Position numbers and translations under genes: made by a program. DNA of 64,000 bases from Nitrososphaerota archaeon (GTDB lineage: Archaea; Thermoproteota; Nitrososphaeria; Nitrososphaerales; UBA57): contig JACPSZ010000015.1 of the NCBI GenBank assembly GCA_024860875.1, positions 51,325 to 115,324 on the forward strand. The letters are read 5' to 3'. The notes beneath the pieces were generated by a model. That model saw nothing but the letters and a program-made list of their open reading frames with translations, had not been told where the DNA came from and ran no database searches. Positions 37,311 to 46,541 of this stretch are shown here, in pieces. Position 1 is the stretch's first letter. Each line of letters starts with the position of its first letter.

Positions 37311-38000
37311 CTACAGATTGTCCTTCTTTCTTTTGCTTCGTACCACGAACGCAACTACGGCGATAACGAATATTCCGCCTATTATTGCAACAACCGTCGG
37401 ATCTGGCCCAGGTACGTTATATGCAGGATTCGCTCCTGCAGGTTGTTGCTGTTGTTGAGGTTGCCCAACACCCGGCACGCCTCCCAAGCCTCCAACTCCG
37501 ATTCCGCCGCCGATTCTTGGAGGAACTATGACCTGGATGGTTTTTTCTCCACCGGGGCTGTAAACGTTGTTCCCATCAACTATTGCATGCACGACATAGT
37601 ATACGGTGCCTGAAGACGGGATGTCAATGGCTGCAGAATAATTCCTCGGCGCATTATTGGGAGGGTCTATAGCTGCGAAGTTTGGAGTCGCTTTGGCATA
37701 ACTGTTGTAGTCTGCTGGATTGCCAGGTTTTGTATCCCAGTGTACTGCTGTATGCGAGATCTTCCCAGTCCCTTTAACCTCCCAATCGATAGTGACTTTC
37801 TGTCCAGCCCCTGCATTTGAAGGCGCGTTTACTATTGCGATTGAGGCTGCACCCTGAGCAATAACGGGTTTAACACTTACAAAAAATGCTGAAAACAAGA
37901 TGAGGAGAGACATGGAAAGTGCCAATTTTCTAGTCAGGGGTATTCCTATCACAAGCTCTGCAATGTTATGGTGATATATAAAACGAATGAAACCCTGCAA
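37311..38000 (-). CDS. Secreted beta-rich protein with Gly/Pro/Gln linker and C-terminal TM anchor
   Basis: 229-aa ORF (TTG; an internal Met at 37913 is also possible); signal-like segment, no Cys (so not a cupredoxin), GGIGVGGLGGVPGVGQPQQQQQP linker, hydrophobic tail + KRKK. Confidence 0.5.
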   Translation of the reverse strand: MQGFIRFIYHHNIAELVIGIPLTRKLALSMSLLILFSAFFVSVKPVIAQGAASIAIVNAPSNAGAGQKVTIDWEVKGTGKISHTAVHWDTKPGNPADYNSYAKATPNFAAIDPPNNAPRNYSAAIDIPSSGTVYYVVHAIVDGNNVYSPGGEKTIQVIVPPRIGGGIGVGGLGGVPGVGQPQQQQQPAGANPAYNVPGPDPTVVAIIGGIFVIAVVAFVVRSKRKKDNL

Positions 38001-38081
38001 AAAAAATCTGCTTGCTCAAGAGTAAAGGTATGCTGAATAGTTATTGTATAAGAAGGCTTAATTCAAACAATTTTATGATAA

Positions 38082-38792
38082 TTGCCTATGCTGTCGTTAA
38101 GGCTTGCTACCATAGCATTAATCCTTCTCTCATTTACAGCTTATGCAAGCTTTGTTGGATTTGATACATTATTAATCGAGCCCAATAGCGTACGAATATT
38201 CCCGCGAACCTATGCCAGTGAGATACAATTTAATTTTGAAAATGAAACTATAGACAATTTGCCAAAAGGGTTTGCATCTTATCTTGGGGGGACGGGCTCT
38301 GTAGGTGTGTGGAAGATAGTCAACGATAACACTTCTCCAAGTGGCCCCCTTGTAATTGCCCAGACATCGCAGGACATAACGCCAGTACACTTTCCCATTC
38401 TTATTTTCGATGATGGAATTTATTCAAACGCCAAAATATCTGCAAGAATCAGGCCCGTCGATGGGAAAGTCGATCAAGCTGGAGGGATAGTGTTCAGGTT
38501 TGTCGATATAGGAAATTATTACGTTGCAAGGATAAACGCCCTTGAGAATACTATCCAATTGTACAAATTTCTTGGTTCCAGAACATTTCCGCTTGCGAGC
38601 ATAGAGGTTCCTGTCGAGGCTAACAAATGGCACCTTTTGGAGGTTGAAACTTTCGGAACTATCATAAGATGCTATTACGAAGGAAAGCTTGTAATCGAGA
38701 AAGAAGACAGCAGCATAGAATCTGGGAAGGCTGGGTTCTGGACAAAGTCTGATTCGGTAACTCACTTTGATGATTTTGTGATAAGAAAATAG
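38082..38792 (+). CDS. Secreted concanavalin-A-like (LamG/DUF1080-like) domain protein
   Basis: 236-aa ORF; signal-like N-terminus; AGGIVFRFVDIGNYYVARI ... WHLLEVE ... GKAGFWT pattern of jelly-roll lectin-like domains. Confidence 0.45.
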   Translation: MPMLSLRLATIALILLSFTAYASFVGFDTLLIEPNSVRIFPRTYASEIQFNFENETIDNLPKGFASYLGGTGSVGVWKIVNDNTSPSGPLVIAQTSQDITPVHFPILIFDDGIYSNAKISARIRPVDGKVDQAGGIVFRFVDIGNYYVARINALENTIQLYKFLGSRTFPLASIEVPVEANKWHLLEVETFGTIIRCYYEGKLVIEKEDSSIESGKAGFWTKSDSVTHFDDFVIRK

Positions 38793-38867
38793 ATGGCTTG
38801 GGCAAAGTTGATATAGCGTATTAAGCGAATAAAGAAACAGGACATTTTCCCGTAGTGATGCAAATAT

Positions 38868-39272
38868 TTGTCAACAAAAGCAAAAAACGATGAGTACCTG
38901 CTAGACCTTACGTCACGCGTGTACAAGGTGGTTGTAGAGCATGGGAATGGTGGAGTACTCCAGAGTGAACTGTGGAAAGAGCTAGACCTTACTAGCAGGG
39001 ACGGTTCCAGAATTGCAATACGTTTAGAGAAGCGTGGGATGATAAAGAGGGATAAAATGCTACAAGGCGGCAGGTGGACTTACAGGCTTACACCATTGCG
39101 CTTCCCCGTCCAGATAAAATCTATCGAAGAAGCTCCTTGCATGACGTGCCCAGACGAGGAGAGATGTTCTCCCAGTGGTGTAGTGACTCCTCATACGTGC
39201 GCCTTCATTGAGAACTGGGTCACGATGGACTTCAAGCCCATGGCCATTCCCCAGAAGCAATTAATTTCATAA
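38868..39272 (+). CDS. TFE-beta / RPC34-like winged-helix protein with 4-Cys (Fe-S type) C-terminal motif
   Basis: 134-aa ORF (TTG); wH-like LQSELWKELDLTSRDGSRIAIRLEKRGMIKR, then PCMTCPDEERCSPSGVVTPHTCAFIENWV resembling the CxxCP-x5-C-x10-C-x-[YF]-x3-W motif of RPC34/TFE-beta (from memory). Confidence 0.5.
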   Translation: MSTKAKNDEYLLDLTSRVYKVVVEHGNGGVLQSELWKELDLTSRDGSRIAIRLEKRGMIKRDKMLQGGRWTYRLTPLRFPVQIKSIEEAPCMTCPDEERCSPSGVVTPHTCAFIENWVTMDFKPMAIPQKQLIS

Positions 39273-39297
39273 GTAAGCAACTGTTTCTAGAATTAAA

Positions 39298-39891
39298 ATG
39301 CGGTTAAGCGAAGCCAAGAGGGATCATTATCGGAAACTAGCCAAAGAGGAGGGCTACAGCAGCAGAGCATCCTACAAACTCATACAGATTCAAACAAAAT
39401 ACAGAATGTTAAGACCTAACAATTGTGTCATAGACTTCGGCTGTGCTCCGGGTGGATGGCTCGAAGTTGCTTCCAAAGAAGTGGGTGATGGACGTGTAAT
39501 AGGCATCGACAAGAAACCTGTGAAGACGCAACTTGAAAACGTGAAAATTTTAACAATTGATGTTTTTGATTCTGATGCGGAGTCCAAGATACTTGCAATT
39601 CTACCGCGGAAGGCCGATGTTGTGCTCTCTGATTTAGCCCCTAACATATCTGGCGTCTGGGAGGTCGATCACGCAAAGCAGATAGACCTTTGCAGGAGAG
39701 TAATCGAATTTCTGCCCAGAATTCTAACCAGAGGAGGTTCTATTCTCCTGAAGGTCTTTGAGGGCCCTCATCTTAAGGAATTTGTAAATCAAGTCGGCAA
39801 GAGTTTTGGCTATGTGAACATCGCAAAGCCGCCTGCAAGCAGGACAGCGAGTAGCGAACTCTACATGGTCTGCAAGAATTACTTAGGCTGA
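39298..39891 (+). CDS. rlmE: 23S rRNA 2'-O-ribose methyltransferase RlmE/FtsJ
   Basis: 197-aa ORF; YRSRASYKL-type N-terminus (YSSRASYKLIQI), VIDFGCAPGGW, VLSDLAPN, LLKVFEG. Confidence 0.85.
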   Translation: MRLSEAKRDHYRKLAKEEGYSSRASYKLIQIQTKYRMLRPNNCVIDFGCAPGGWLEVASKEVGDGRVIGIDKKPVKTQLENVKILTIDVFDSDAESKILAILPRKADVVLSDLAPNISGVWEVDHAKQIDLCRRVIEFLPRILTRGGSILLKVFEGPHLKEFVNQVGKSFGYVNIAKPPASRTASSELYMVCKNYLG

Positions 39892-41010
39892 CTTCAAAAT
39901 CTCTTTCAATTTAATTGTAGTTGCGTCTGTCCTTATAGCTCTAGGATTGAGTATAGTTCGAACGGCTCTGAAGCCTTTTTTCTGCAGAGCACTAATGATT
40001 TTCGATAATGGTGGAGGAGGTATACCGAGATTATCGCATATTTTGTCTATAACGAAGTAAGTTTTAGGGGCTCCAATCTCATTTAACGCACCTTCCAGTA
40101 ACTGCTTCGAACTTTTTGTTGGAGCAAACTCCAGCGATTTTTCGACTATCTGCCTCTCAAAGAGCTCACCGATCCATAGGGGGCCTGCAGATTTCGTCTT
40201 CTTCCCGCATTCTTGGCATTTTGCTATGATGGTTTTATCTATGGTTCTTGCTCCGCAGGAAAAGCAGTGTGACACATGGCCAATTTCTTTTGAAGTTAGA
40301 ACGGGCTTTGCATTGATTATAGCATTGATCTTTGCATAATGTTTCGTAGTGTGGGCAAATACAGGGCTGATCCCCAAATCGAACCTCATCGCTGCAAAAG
40401 CCAGCGCTCCGTAAAGTATTCTGACAGCAACTTCGTGGCAGTATTCTGTATTCAAGGAGTTGCTCCCGTATTTTCTCAAGCAGACTTCTGGGTGAACACC
40501 GCACAATACCGCTCCATCGGTTGCAGTTGCTGAAACCATGCCCTTAATCTTGCAGGCTCGTACTGCAGATTCCAAGAACGGAGCGGGTGAACCAAATGGG
40601 TCCAATTCGATGCAGTCGAACCTTTTATGAGGGCCGGAATGTTTTAAAAGAAAGTCGTTGGCTTCATATCGCGAAAAAGAACACTTGCGATAAACATCGT
40701 TAAGCTTTGCAGAAGCCTTTGCGAGCTCTATCGCCTCAGGATTGAGATCATTGACGTAGACTCGTCTAACATCAGTTTCATTGCAGACCCTTATTGAACC
40801 TGCGCCCACTCCAGCAAGAGGATCCCCATAACTTATCTTCGAGCCTAAATTTGCAGAGTACCCAGCTACGACTGCAACAAGAACATCACGCTTCAGAGCT
40901 CCAAGAGGGTTAAAAAATGCGGGATCGCGGGGCGGAACCTTCTCTCTAAGGCTGGAATCCGGAACGATTAGTTCCGTTTTGCCTTCTTTTATTGTTGATT
41001 GCTGAAACAA
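39883..41010 (-). CDS. trm1: tRNA (guanine26-N2)-dimethyltransferase Trm1
   Basis: 375-aa ORF (TTG); IKEGKTELIVP, FFNP, IELDPFGSPAPFL, Cys cluster CFSCG...CQECG. Confidence 0.85.
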   Translation of the reverse strand: MFQQSTIKEGKTELIVPDSSLREKVPPRDPAFFNPLGALKRDVLVAVVAGYSANLGSKISYGDPLAGVGAGSIRVCNETDVRRVYVNDLNPEAIELAKASAKLNDVYRKCSFSRYEANDFLLKHSGPHKRFDCIELDPFGSPAPFLESAVRACKIKGMVSATATDGAVLCGVHPEVCLRKYGSNSLNTEYCHEVAVRILYGALAFAAMRFDLGISPVFAHTTKHYAKINAIINAKPVLTSKEIGHVSHCFSCGARTIDKTIIAKCQECGKKTKSAGPLWIGELFERQIVEKSLEFAPTKSSKQLLEGALNEIGAPKTYFVIDKICDNLGIPPPPLSKIISALQKKGFRAVRTILNPRAIRTDATTIKLKEILKSA

Positions 41011-41018
41011 TTCTATTG

Positions 41019-41333
41019 CTACTTTTTTGGAGGCTTCGCTTCCTGCCTTGACTCCCCTCTAACAGTCGCCAGCACGTTAGAAAGCTCTCTTATCGCTTGG
41101 CTCTTCTTCTTGCCCTTTGGAATAGAGATGTAGCCTGTTCTTACGTTCATCCTTTTGGGAAATGCGGCCTCAACAACTTCAACTTGAATCTTCAAGCGCT
41201 CTGCAGCTTTTGCAAGCTCTTGGAGGGTAGGATTCTTGACGGCTTGGTTTGTAGGAACTCTGCGCCCATCCGCCCTGCTCAGGCTTGAGTTGAAATAATC
41301 CACCCAGAGTATCTGCCTGTCGTAGTCTTTCAT
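41019..41333 (-). CDS. srp19: Signal recognition particle protein SRP19
   Basis: 104-aa ORF; ILWVDYFNSSLSRADGRRVP signature. Confidence 0.85.
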   Translation of the reverse strand: MKDYDRQILWVDYFNSSLSRADGRRVPTNQAVKNPTLQELAKAAERLKIQVEVVEAAFPKRMNVRTGYISIPKGKKKSQAIRELSNVLATVRGESRQEAKPPKK

Positions 41334-41337
41334 GAAG

Positions 41338-41721
41338 CTACTTCATCAGTACAGCGTTAACTACTCCATGCTGGCCTGGCCTCGAGACTACTTTGGCCTT
41401 GCCGAGTTCGGTCTCAAGTATAGCGCCCTTTGTGATGACCTTCCTTCTCGAATAGTCCCTGCTTGAAGGATTTTCAATAACACTAACAATTTTGGACTTC
41501 TGAGCCTTGCCCGTTGACGGGTCAACAACATTGGCAAAATCTACATTTGTCAGAGCAACCTTTACGTTGCCTCCTCTGCCCCTCCTCTTTAGAATGCTAA
41601 TTTCTCCAAGCTCTGTTTCTGCGGGATAGTAATCCCTTTCAAATGCTCTCCTCTTTCTCTGGGCTGCCCTGCGCCCCCCAGTCTTCTTCCTCTTCCGCAG
41701 ATTTTCTATTGCCCTTGGCAT
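41338..41721 (-). CDS. rps8e: 30S ribosomal protein S8e
   Basis: 127-aa ORF; RKRKKTGGRR ... RGRGGNVKV ... NAVL. Confidence 0.9.
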   Translation of the reverse strand: MPRAIENLRKRKKTGGRRAAQRKRRAFERDYYPAETELGEISILKRRGRGGNVKVALTNVDFANVVDPSTGKAQKSKIVSVIENPSSRDYSRRKVITKGAILETELGKAKVVSRPGQHGVVNAVLMK

Positions 41722-41758
41722 AACTCAGCCAGCTCAGCCACCCATGAATATTAAAGTC

Positions 41759-42304
41759 TTAACTAGGCGGCCTCAGTTCAGGCCCTCCGGGCTTTGCAGG
41801 AGCGAATCTTGATAATTGTTGCTTCATGACGGAATAATCGATGCTCAAGCCAAAGTAGTTTGCAAAGCTCTCCGTAGTTCTGTAAACCCTAGTCCTTCCT
41901 TGAGGCTCCGATTTGACAAAACCCAGCTGCTCCAATAGTTTGAGATGTTGATACGCTTGAGGGCCTCTCCGCTCCGATATCTGCTGTGCCGAAATTGGTT
42001 GAAAGAATGCAACGTATGACAGCGTCTTCATTGCTGAATTTGGTAGCAAAGCTCTAGAAGCGAACCTCCTTGCAATTTTGTTAAATTCTGGCTTCAACTG
42101 CATGACGAACTTTTCGCCGGGCATTTCAACCAACTGAATTGCTGCGAACGTTGTATTGACATCCTGAATGATTTTGCGCGTGGTCTGCAGAGCCTTCCTC
42201 CTTGATGTCAGACCTCCAGCCCTTGCCAGCTCTTCCGATGTTAGAGGTCTTCCCGCAGCGTAGAGGGCCGCTTCAATGCGCCCTCTTGCATTTTCTTCCG
42301 ACAT
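41759..42304 (-). CDS. scpB: Segregation and condensation protein B
   Basis: 181-aa ORF; IEAALYAAGRPLTSEELA and second wH (LSYVAFFQPISAQQISERRG). Confidence 0.8.
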   Translation of the reverse strand: MSEENARGRIEAALYAAGRPLTSEELARAGGLTSRRKALQTTRKIIQDVNTTFAAIQLVEMPGEKFVMQLKPEFNKIARRFASRALLPNSAMKTLSYVAFFQPISAQQISERRGPQAYQHLKLLEQLGFVKSEPQGRTRVYRTTESFANYFGLSIDYSVMKQQLSRFAPAKPGGPELRPPS

Positions 42305-42951
42305 TAAATCACCATAGTTATCCTGATGTCGTTGCCTTCCTGTGCCAATTTCACAATACCTTCAGTTGCCACAAATAACAGGAGTATGAAGGTTTTTGCC
42401 TTTTCTAAAGCTGAAGCTCCATCTATCAGCTTGCTGAACAGGGTATCTCCAGTATCCCTCAACGACCTAGTGAGCTTTGCCCGAAAGTCCCTGACCATTT
42501 CTTCGATCTTGAAAATGTATTGGTCGATTTCCACCTCTAGCTCGGGCTCTATCTTCTTGGCCTTCTCTTTCTGTCTGCTCTGCGAAAGGGCTTCGTTCAG
42601 TATAGTTTCGAGAGACGCAACTAAATCGTCAATGGATGTCGAATAGAGCTCGTACCTGAACGGGAGGACGATGATGCTCGGAGGCTCATCCCTCGGATGC
42701 TCGATCCTCTCCGCCCTCAAGCGTTCAAAATAGAATATGGTTTCGACTTTGAACCTGTACAGAAGTGCAGAGGATAGTGCTACGGAGCCGCATAAACGCA
42801 AATCTGTCTGCTTTCTTTTCAGTATGGCCATTATGAAGAGACCAAGAAGGTCTGCGATGTCTATCTCCCAAGGCTTTCCGGACTTCACACTGTCAGGATT
42901 GATGAGCAGGTTCAGCGGATGCCTGGCTAGACTAAGATCCTGTTCTGCCAG
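42304..42951 (-). CDS. scpA: Segregation and condensation protein A (kleisin); proposed CTG start at 42951, first canonical start is GTG 42888
   Basis: Track ORF 42304-42888 starts at ..KPWEIDIADL, but the conserved PL(D/N)LL helix (HPLNLLI) is encoded upstream in frame; GAGGTG SD-like motif lies 10 nt before the CTG. Confidence 0.7.
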   Translation of the reverse strand: MAEQDLSLARHPLNLLINPDSVKSGKPWEIDIADLLGLFIMAILKRKQTDLRLCGSVALSSALLYRFKVETIFYFERLRAERIEHPRDEPPSIIVLPFRYELYSTSIDDLVASLETILNEALSQSRQKEKAKKIEPELEVEIDQYIFKIEEMVRDFRAKLTRSLRDTGDTLFSKLIDGASALEKAKTFILLLFVATEGIVKLAQEGNDIRITMVI

Positions 42952-45900
42952 TTCTCCGTGCCACCTCTATCTTCTGCTGGTATCTTACTATCTGCGATAT
43001 TCCTGACTGCATGTAGACTCCGAACATCATCTCTGCCCTTGACAGCAATGAATCCTTCAGACTGACAATTAGTATCTGAGAATTGGTAGCCCTCTCCTTT
43101 AGCAGCTCCGCCAATCTTTCTGAGTTTACAGCGTCAAGGTGCGCATCAATTTCGTCAAATATGTAAAATGGAGCTGGGTTAACTGCTTGGATTGCAAGTA
43201 TGAGCGAAAGTGCCGAGACCGTTTTTTCTCCACCGCTTACAAGACCGCTCTCTCTCGGTATCTTGCCAGGGAACTGCGTCATTAGGAAGACGCCTGTATT
43301 GAAAACGTCGTCAGGATTCTCAAGCTCGAGCCACGCAGAGCCCGTGGTTATGCGTGAAAATATGCTTCTCAGCTCTCTGTCAATCTTGGTAAATGCTTCC
43401 ATGAAGACTTGCTTCTTCTCAGCATCTACATCCTGAATGAACTTCACTATCGCATTCCTTTCATTCTCCAATTGGTTCCTCCTTTTAGAAACGTCCCTAT
43501 AGCCGACGTAGATCTGCCTGTAGTCCGCATCCGCCCTCAAGTTGACGCTGTTCCTTATAGATTCATATTCACCCGCAAGGCTTGAAAGCAGCACTTGCGA
43601 ACTCTCAAAATATTCCAATGGCTCTGAGAAACCGTACAACGATAATTCCCCTCTGCAAGCACTTTCTACTTCTGTTAAACGTTCGAGCTCTTTGGTAGTC
43701 GCCAGCAAATCTTTCTCCGCATTGGCTATGCTTCTTACCACAGCCTCTCGCTTCCTTCTGAACTCCTTGAGCCTCTCTTCAAAGCTGTCGAGTATTGGGC
43801 CTAGCCTTCTGGAGGCCTCTATGGCCTCGCTCTCCCGTCCTTTCAAATGAGCAAGCTCCGCCTCTAGAGCCTCCTTAGCTTTGCTCAGACTTTCGATAAG
43901 ATTCTTCCTTCTCTGCAGCTCTTCCTGCTGTTGCTGAATTTCTTCCTCTAGCCGCCTGAAAGTGGGTTCAAGGTTCGCCTCAAGGTTTCCATTTGCCCTT
44001 GCCAACTGGGTCTGCAAATCAAGTATTTTCACTCGTAAGCCGTCTATTGATTGGTTCAGTCTTTCTTTTGACCCGTCAATTGCCTGAATCTTGTCCTTTA
44101 GCGCTTGGATGGAGTTACCCTCTGTGGCTGAACGTACCTCCGTAATTTTAGATTCGATGATATTTTTCGAATTTAGATGGTTCTGCCACTTCTGCGAAAC
44201 GAGGTTGAACGATTTTTGGGCCCTCTCCATTTGCTTCTGCTGAGAAGTGGCCAGCTTCCCGTATCGTGACAGGAAGCCCTTGATGTTTGTTAGATCGGCT
44301 GCAAGCTTACCGAGCGATTCAGCCTTCTTGACCCTTTCAACATCTAACTGCTTTGTCTGCTTCTTCAGAGCCTCAAGGTCCTGCTTCCTCTTTGTGATGG
44401 AAGATTTTAGCGATGTCAAGGCTTCTTTCATGGCATTCTGGGATTCATCGTCAACCATGAATTCGGCAATTGAAGAAACTTCGTGCGTTCTACCGGTGTC
44501 AAATGCAAAGACTCCAGCTTCGAAGAGGTCTCCGTTAGGCGTAACCGTGCGGTAGCCCTGCTTAGCAAGCGCATATGCAGATCTTGTACTCTTCACCAGA
44601 ATTGTATCTCCGAATACAAAGTTCACTAATCCTCTGGGTATGCCGCTTCCCCTGACGAACTCCGTTGCTGAGCCCATAATGTCTCCTCCTTTTGGAGGAG
44701 AAGCCTTTTCCGCGTCTGCAACTTCGGAGAGCGGGATTATAGTTATTCTCCCGAGCTTGAACCTCTTTATCACTTCAACCGTCCTTACTAGTGATGGCAA
44801 GTCTTCAACTACAGCAGATTCGAACCAGCTTCTTCCTGCAGCTTTTACAGCCTTCTCTGACGCTTTTTCCCATTTTAGGAGTTCACTCACCCTCCCGAGA
44901 TAGCCGGGCAATCCGCCAGAATCTGCAAGCTCCTGAAGTTTTGCTAGCGTAACTTCTGCTCCAACGATTCTGTCAGCTATGAATCTCTGCGATTCGTACC
45001 TGACCAGCGTTTCGCTGGCTTTCTGCAGAATCTCTATGGCCTTCTCAGTTTCCTGCTCGAGGTTCTCTTTTCGCTGCTGAGCATTAGTGTTATTTCCTTC
45101 TAAGCTTTCAAGTTCGTGAACCTGCACTTCCTTGACGCTTTCGAGCTCCTTTAGAGTATTTTCAAAATTTTTCAGAGTGTCAATCAGGAACTTCGACTTC
45201 GTTTCCAAAGAACCAAGTTTTTCCTTCAGAGCTATTTGCTTTGATTCAAGGTCTGTGATTCTCAGCGAAACCTTCGCAAGGGCTTCACCGTAGCGCTTGT
45301 TCCTGTCTTCGAGTCTTGCTAGTTTCTCGGTTTCGCGTTGCAAATCTGCAAGCAAATCCTGCCTCTCTTCTTCGAGAGACGTAATTTCTGATTGTTGAGT
45401 GGTTTTTCGAGTGTCAAGTTCAGCAATTTCCTCGCCAAGTTCAGCAATCCTTTTTTTCATCGTTTCAATTTCCGCAGTCCTTTCGGTTCGCATCTGGCTG
45501 AGGTATGGGAGGCTTTCTTCGATTCTGACGATAGTTCTGCTAGATTCTTCTAATCCTTGCTTAGTTCTTTCTAACTCATTGGTTGCCCTTGCCACAGCAA
45601 TCTGCACTTCCACGGGCTTTCCACCCTTACCTTCAACATACGTAGCAAAGAATTCGTTCTTTTCAGATTCGACCTTGGCAACTTCTTCCTCCGTCTGGAT
45701 GAGTTTCTCCTCCAGCTCAACTTGCCTCTGCTTCAAATCCTTGACATCGTTCTGCTTACCTTTCGACTTTGTGATAGCTTCTGAAAGCCTCTTTGAAGCA
45801 AGAACTGCTTTGGCCCAGTTGATTTCGTCTTCAAGGAACCTTAATCTCAGCTCATCATTTCGCTCCCCTTCAAGAGAGTCGACTCTGGACTTTATTTCGC

Positions 45901-46486
45901 CCAGTCTAGCAAGAGCAATTTTTAGATTGACATCAGCAGCGTCTAATTGTTTAATCGCCTGCGTCTTCTTGTCGTCGAACTGAGAAACTCCAACGATTTC
46001 TTCGATCAAACCTCTCTTCTCTTCGGGAGTCAGTTCGGATAGCCTAGTGACAAGACCCTGCGGAACGAAGTTTATGCCGTCGGGGTTTATCATAGCAAGG
46101 TCGAGAGTCTCTGCAAGGTTCCCCTTCTGCACCCTCTTCCCATTTAGATAATAGGTGCTCTCTCCTGTCGACCTCAATTCTCTGGTTATCACAACGTTGT
46201 CGCTATCGACTGCTATGAGCTTGTCAGAATTGTCTAGAGTTATTGTGACCCTTACCTCATCCGCTTTATTCGCTCCTCCATCATAGATTAGCGAGGGAAG
46301 TCTGTTAACTCTGAGTGCTCTGGGGCTGTTCTGCCCCATTCCAAAGATTATCGAATCTATAATGTTACTCTTGCCTGAACCATTTGGCCCTGTAATCCCA
46401 ACTAAACCTCTGTCAAGCTGTACTGTAACATTCCTGTTCCCGAAGGACTTGAACCCATTGACTTCGAGCTTCTTGATATAAACCAG
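42932..46486 (-). CDS. smc: Chromosome segregation ATPase SMC; proposed CTG start at 46486, track ORF starts at ATG 46339
   Basis: Long coiled coils, hinge (GYLGRVSEL..), C-terminal LSGGEKTVSALSLILA signature and FYIFDEIDAHLD Walker B; Walker A GPNGSGKS is encoded upstream of ATG 46339 in the same open frame. Confidence 0.9.
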   Translation of the reverse strand: MVYIKKLEVNGFKSFGNRNVTVQLDRGLVGITGPNGSGKSNIIDSIIFGMGQNSPRALRVNRLPSLIYDGGANKADEVRVTITLDNSDKLIAVDSDNVVITRELRSTGESTYYLNGKRVQKGNLAETLDLAMINPDGINFVPQGLVTRLSELTPEEKRGLIEEIVGVSQFDDKKTQAIKQLDAADVNLKIALARLGEIKSRVDSLEGERNDELRLRFLEDEINWAKAVLASKRLSEAITKSKGKQNDVKDLKQRQVELEEKLIQTEEEVAKVESEKNEFFATYVEGKGGKPVEVQIAVARATNELERTKQGLEESSRTIVRIEESLPYLSQMRTERTAEIETMKKRIAELGEEIAELDTRKTTQQSEITSLEEERQDLLADLQRETEKLARLEDRNKRYGEALAKVSLRITDLESKQIALKEKLGSLETKSKFLIDTLKNFENTLKELESVKEVQVHELESLEGNNTNAQQRKENLEQETEKAIEILQKASETLVRYESQRFIADRIVGAEVTLAKLQELADSGGLPGYLGRVSELLKWEKASEKAVKAAGRSWFESAVVEDLPSLVRTVEVIKRFKLGRITIIPLSEVADAEKASPPKGGDIMGSATEFVRGSGIPRGLVNFVFGDTILVKSTRSAYALAKQGYRTVTPNGDLFEAGVFAFDTGRTHEVSSIAEFMVDDESQNAMKEALTSLKSSITKRKQDLEALKKQTKQLDVERVKKAESLGKLAADLTNIKGFLSRYGKLATSQQKQMERAQKSFNLVSQKWQNHLNSKNIIESKITEVRSATEGNSIQALKDKIQAIDGSKERLNQSIDGLRVKILDLQTQLARANGNLEANLEPTFRRLEEEIQQQQEELQRRKNLIESLSKAKEALEAELAHLKGRESEAIEASRRLGPILDSFEERLKEFRRKREAVVRSIANAEKDLLATTKELERLTEVESACRGELSLYGFSEPLEYFESSQVLLSSLAGEYESIRNSVNLRADADYRQIYVGYRDVSKRRNQLENERNAIVKFIQDVDAEKKQVFMEAFTKIDRELRSIFSRITTGSAWLELENPDDVFNTGVFLMTQFPGKIPRESGLVSGGEKTVSALSLILAIQAVNPAPFYIFDEIDAHLDAVNSERLAELLKERATNSQILIVSLKDSLLSRAEMMFGVYMQSGISQIVRYQQKIEVARRTGRTGS

Positions 46487-46541
46487 AGTTAATCACTCCG
46501 AGTATTGCAGGTAGCCATGCACAAGGTTGCTATAGGTTTGC

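Noticed and set aside
43200-45983. Five plus-strand ORFs of 78-194 aa antisense to smc
   Set aside because: They are Ser/Leu-rich mirror frames of the Glu/Lys/Leu-rich coiled-coil coding sequence. They have no independent signals and are fully nested.
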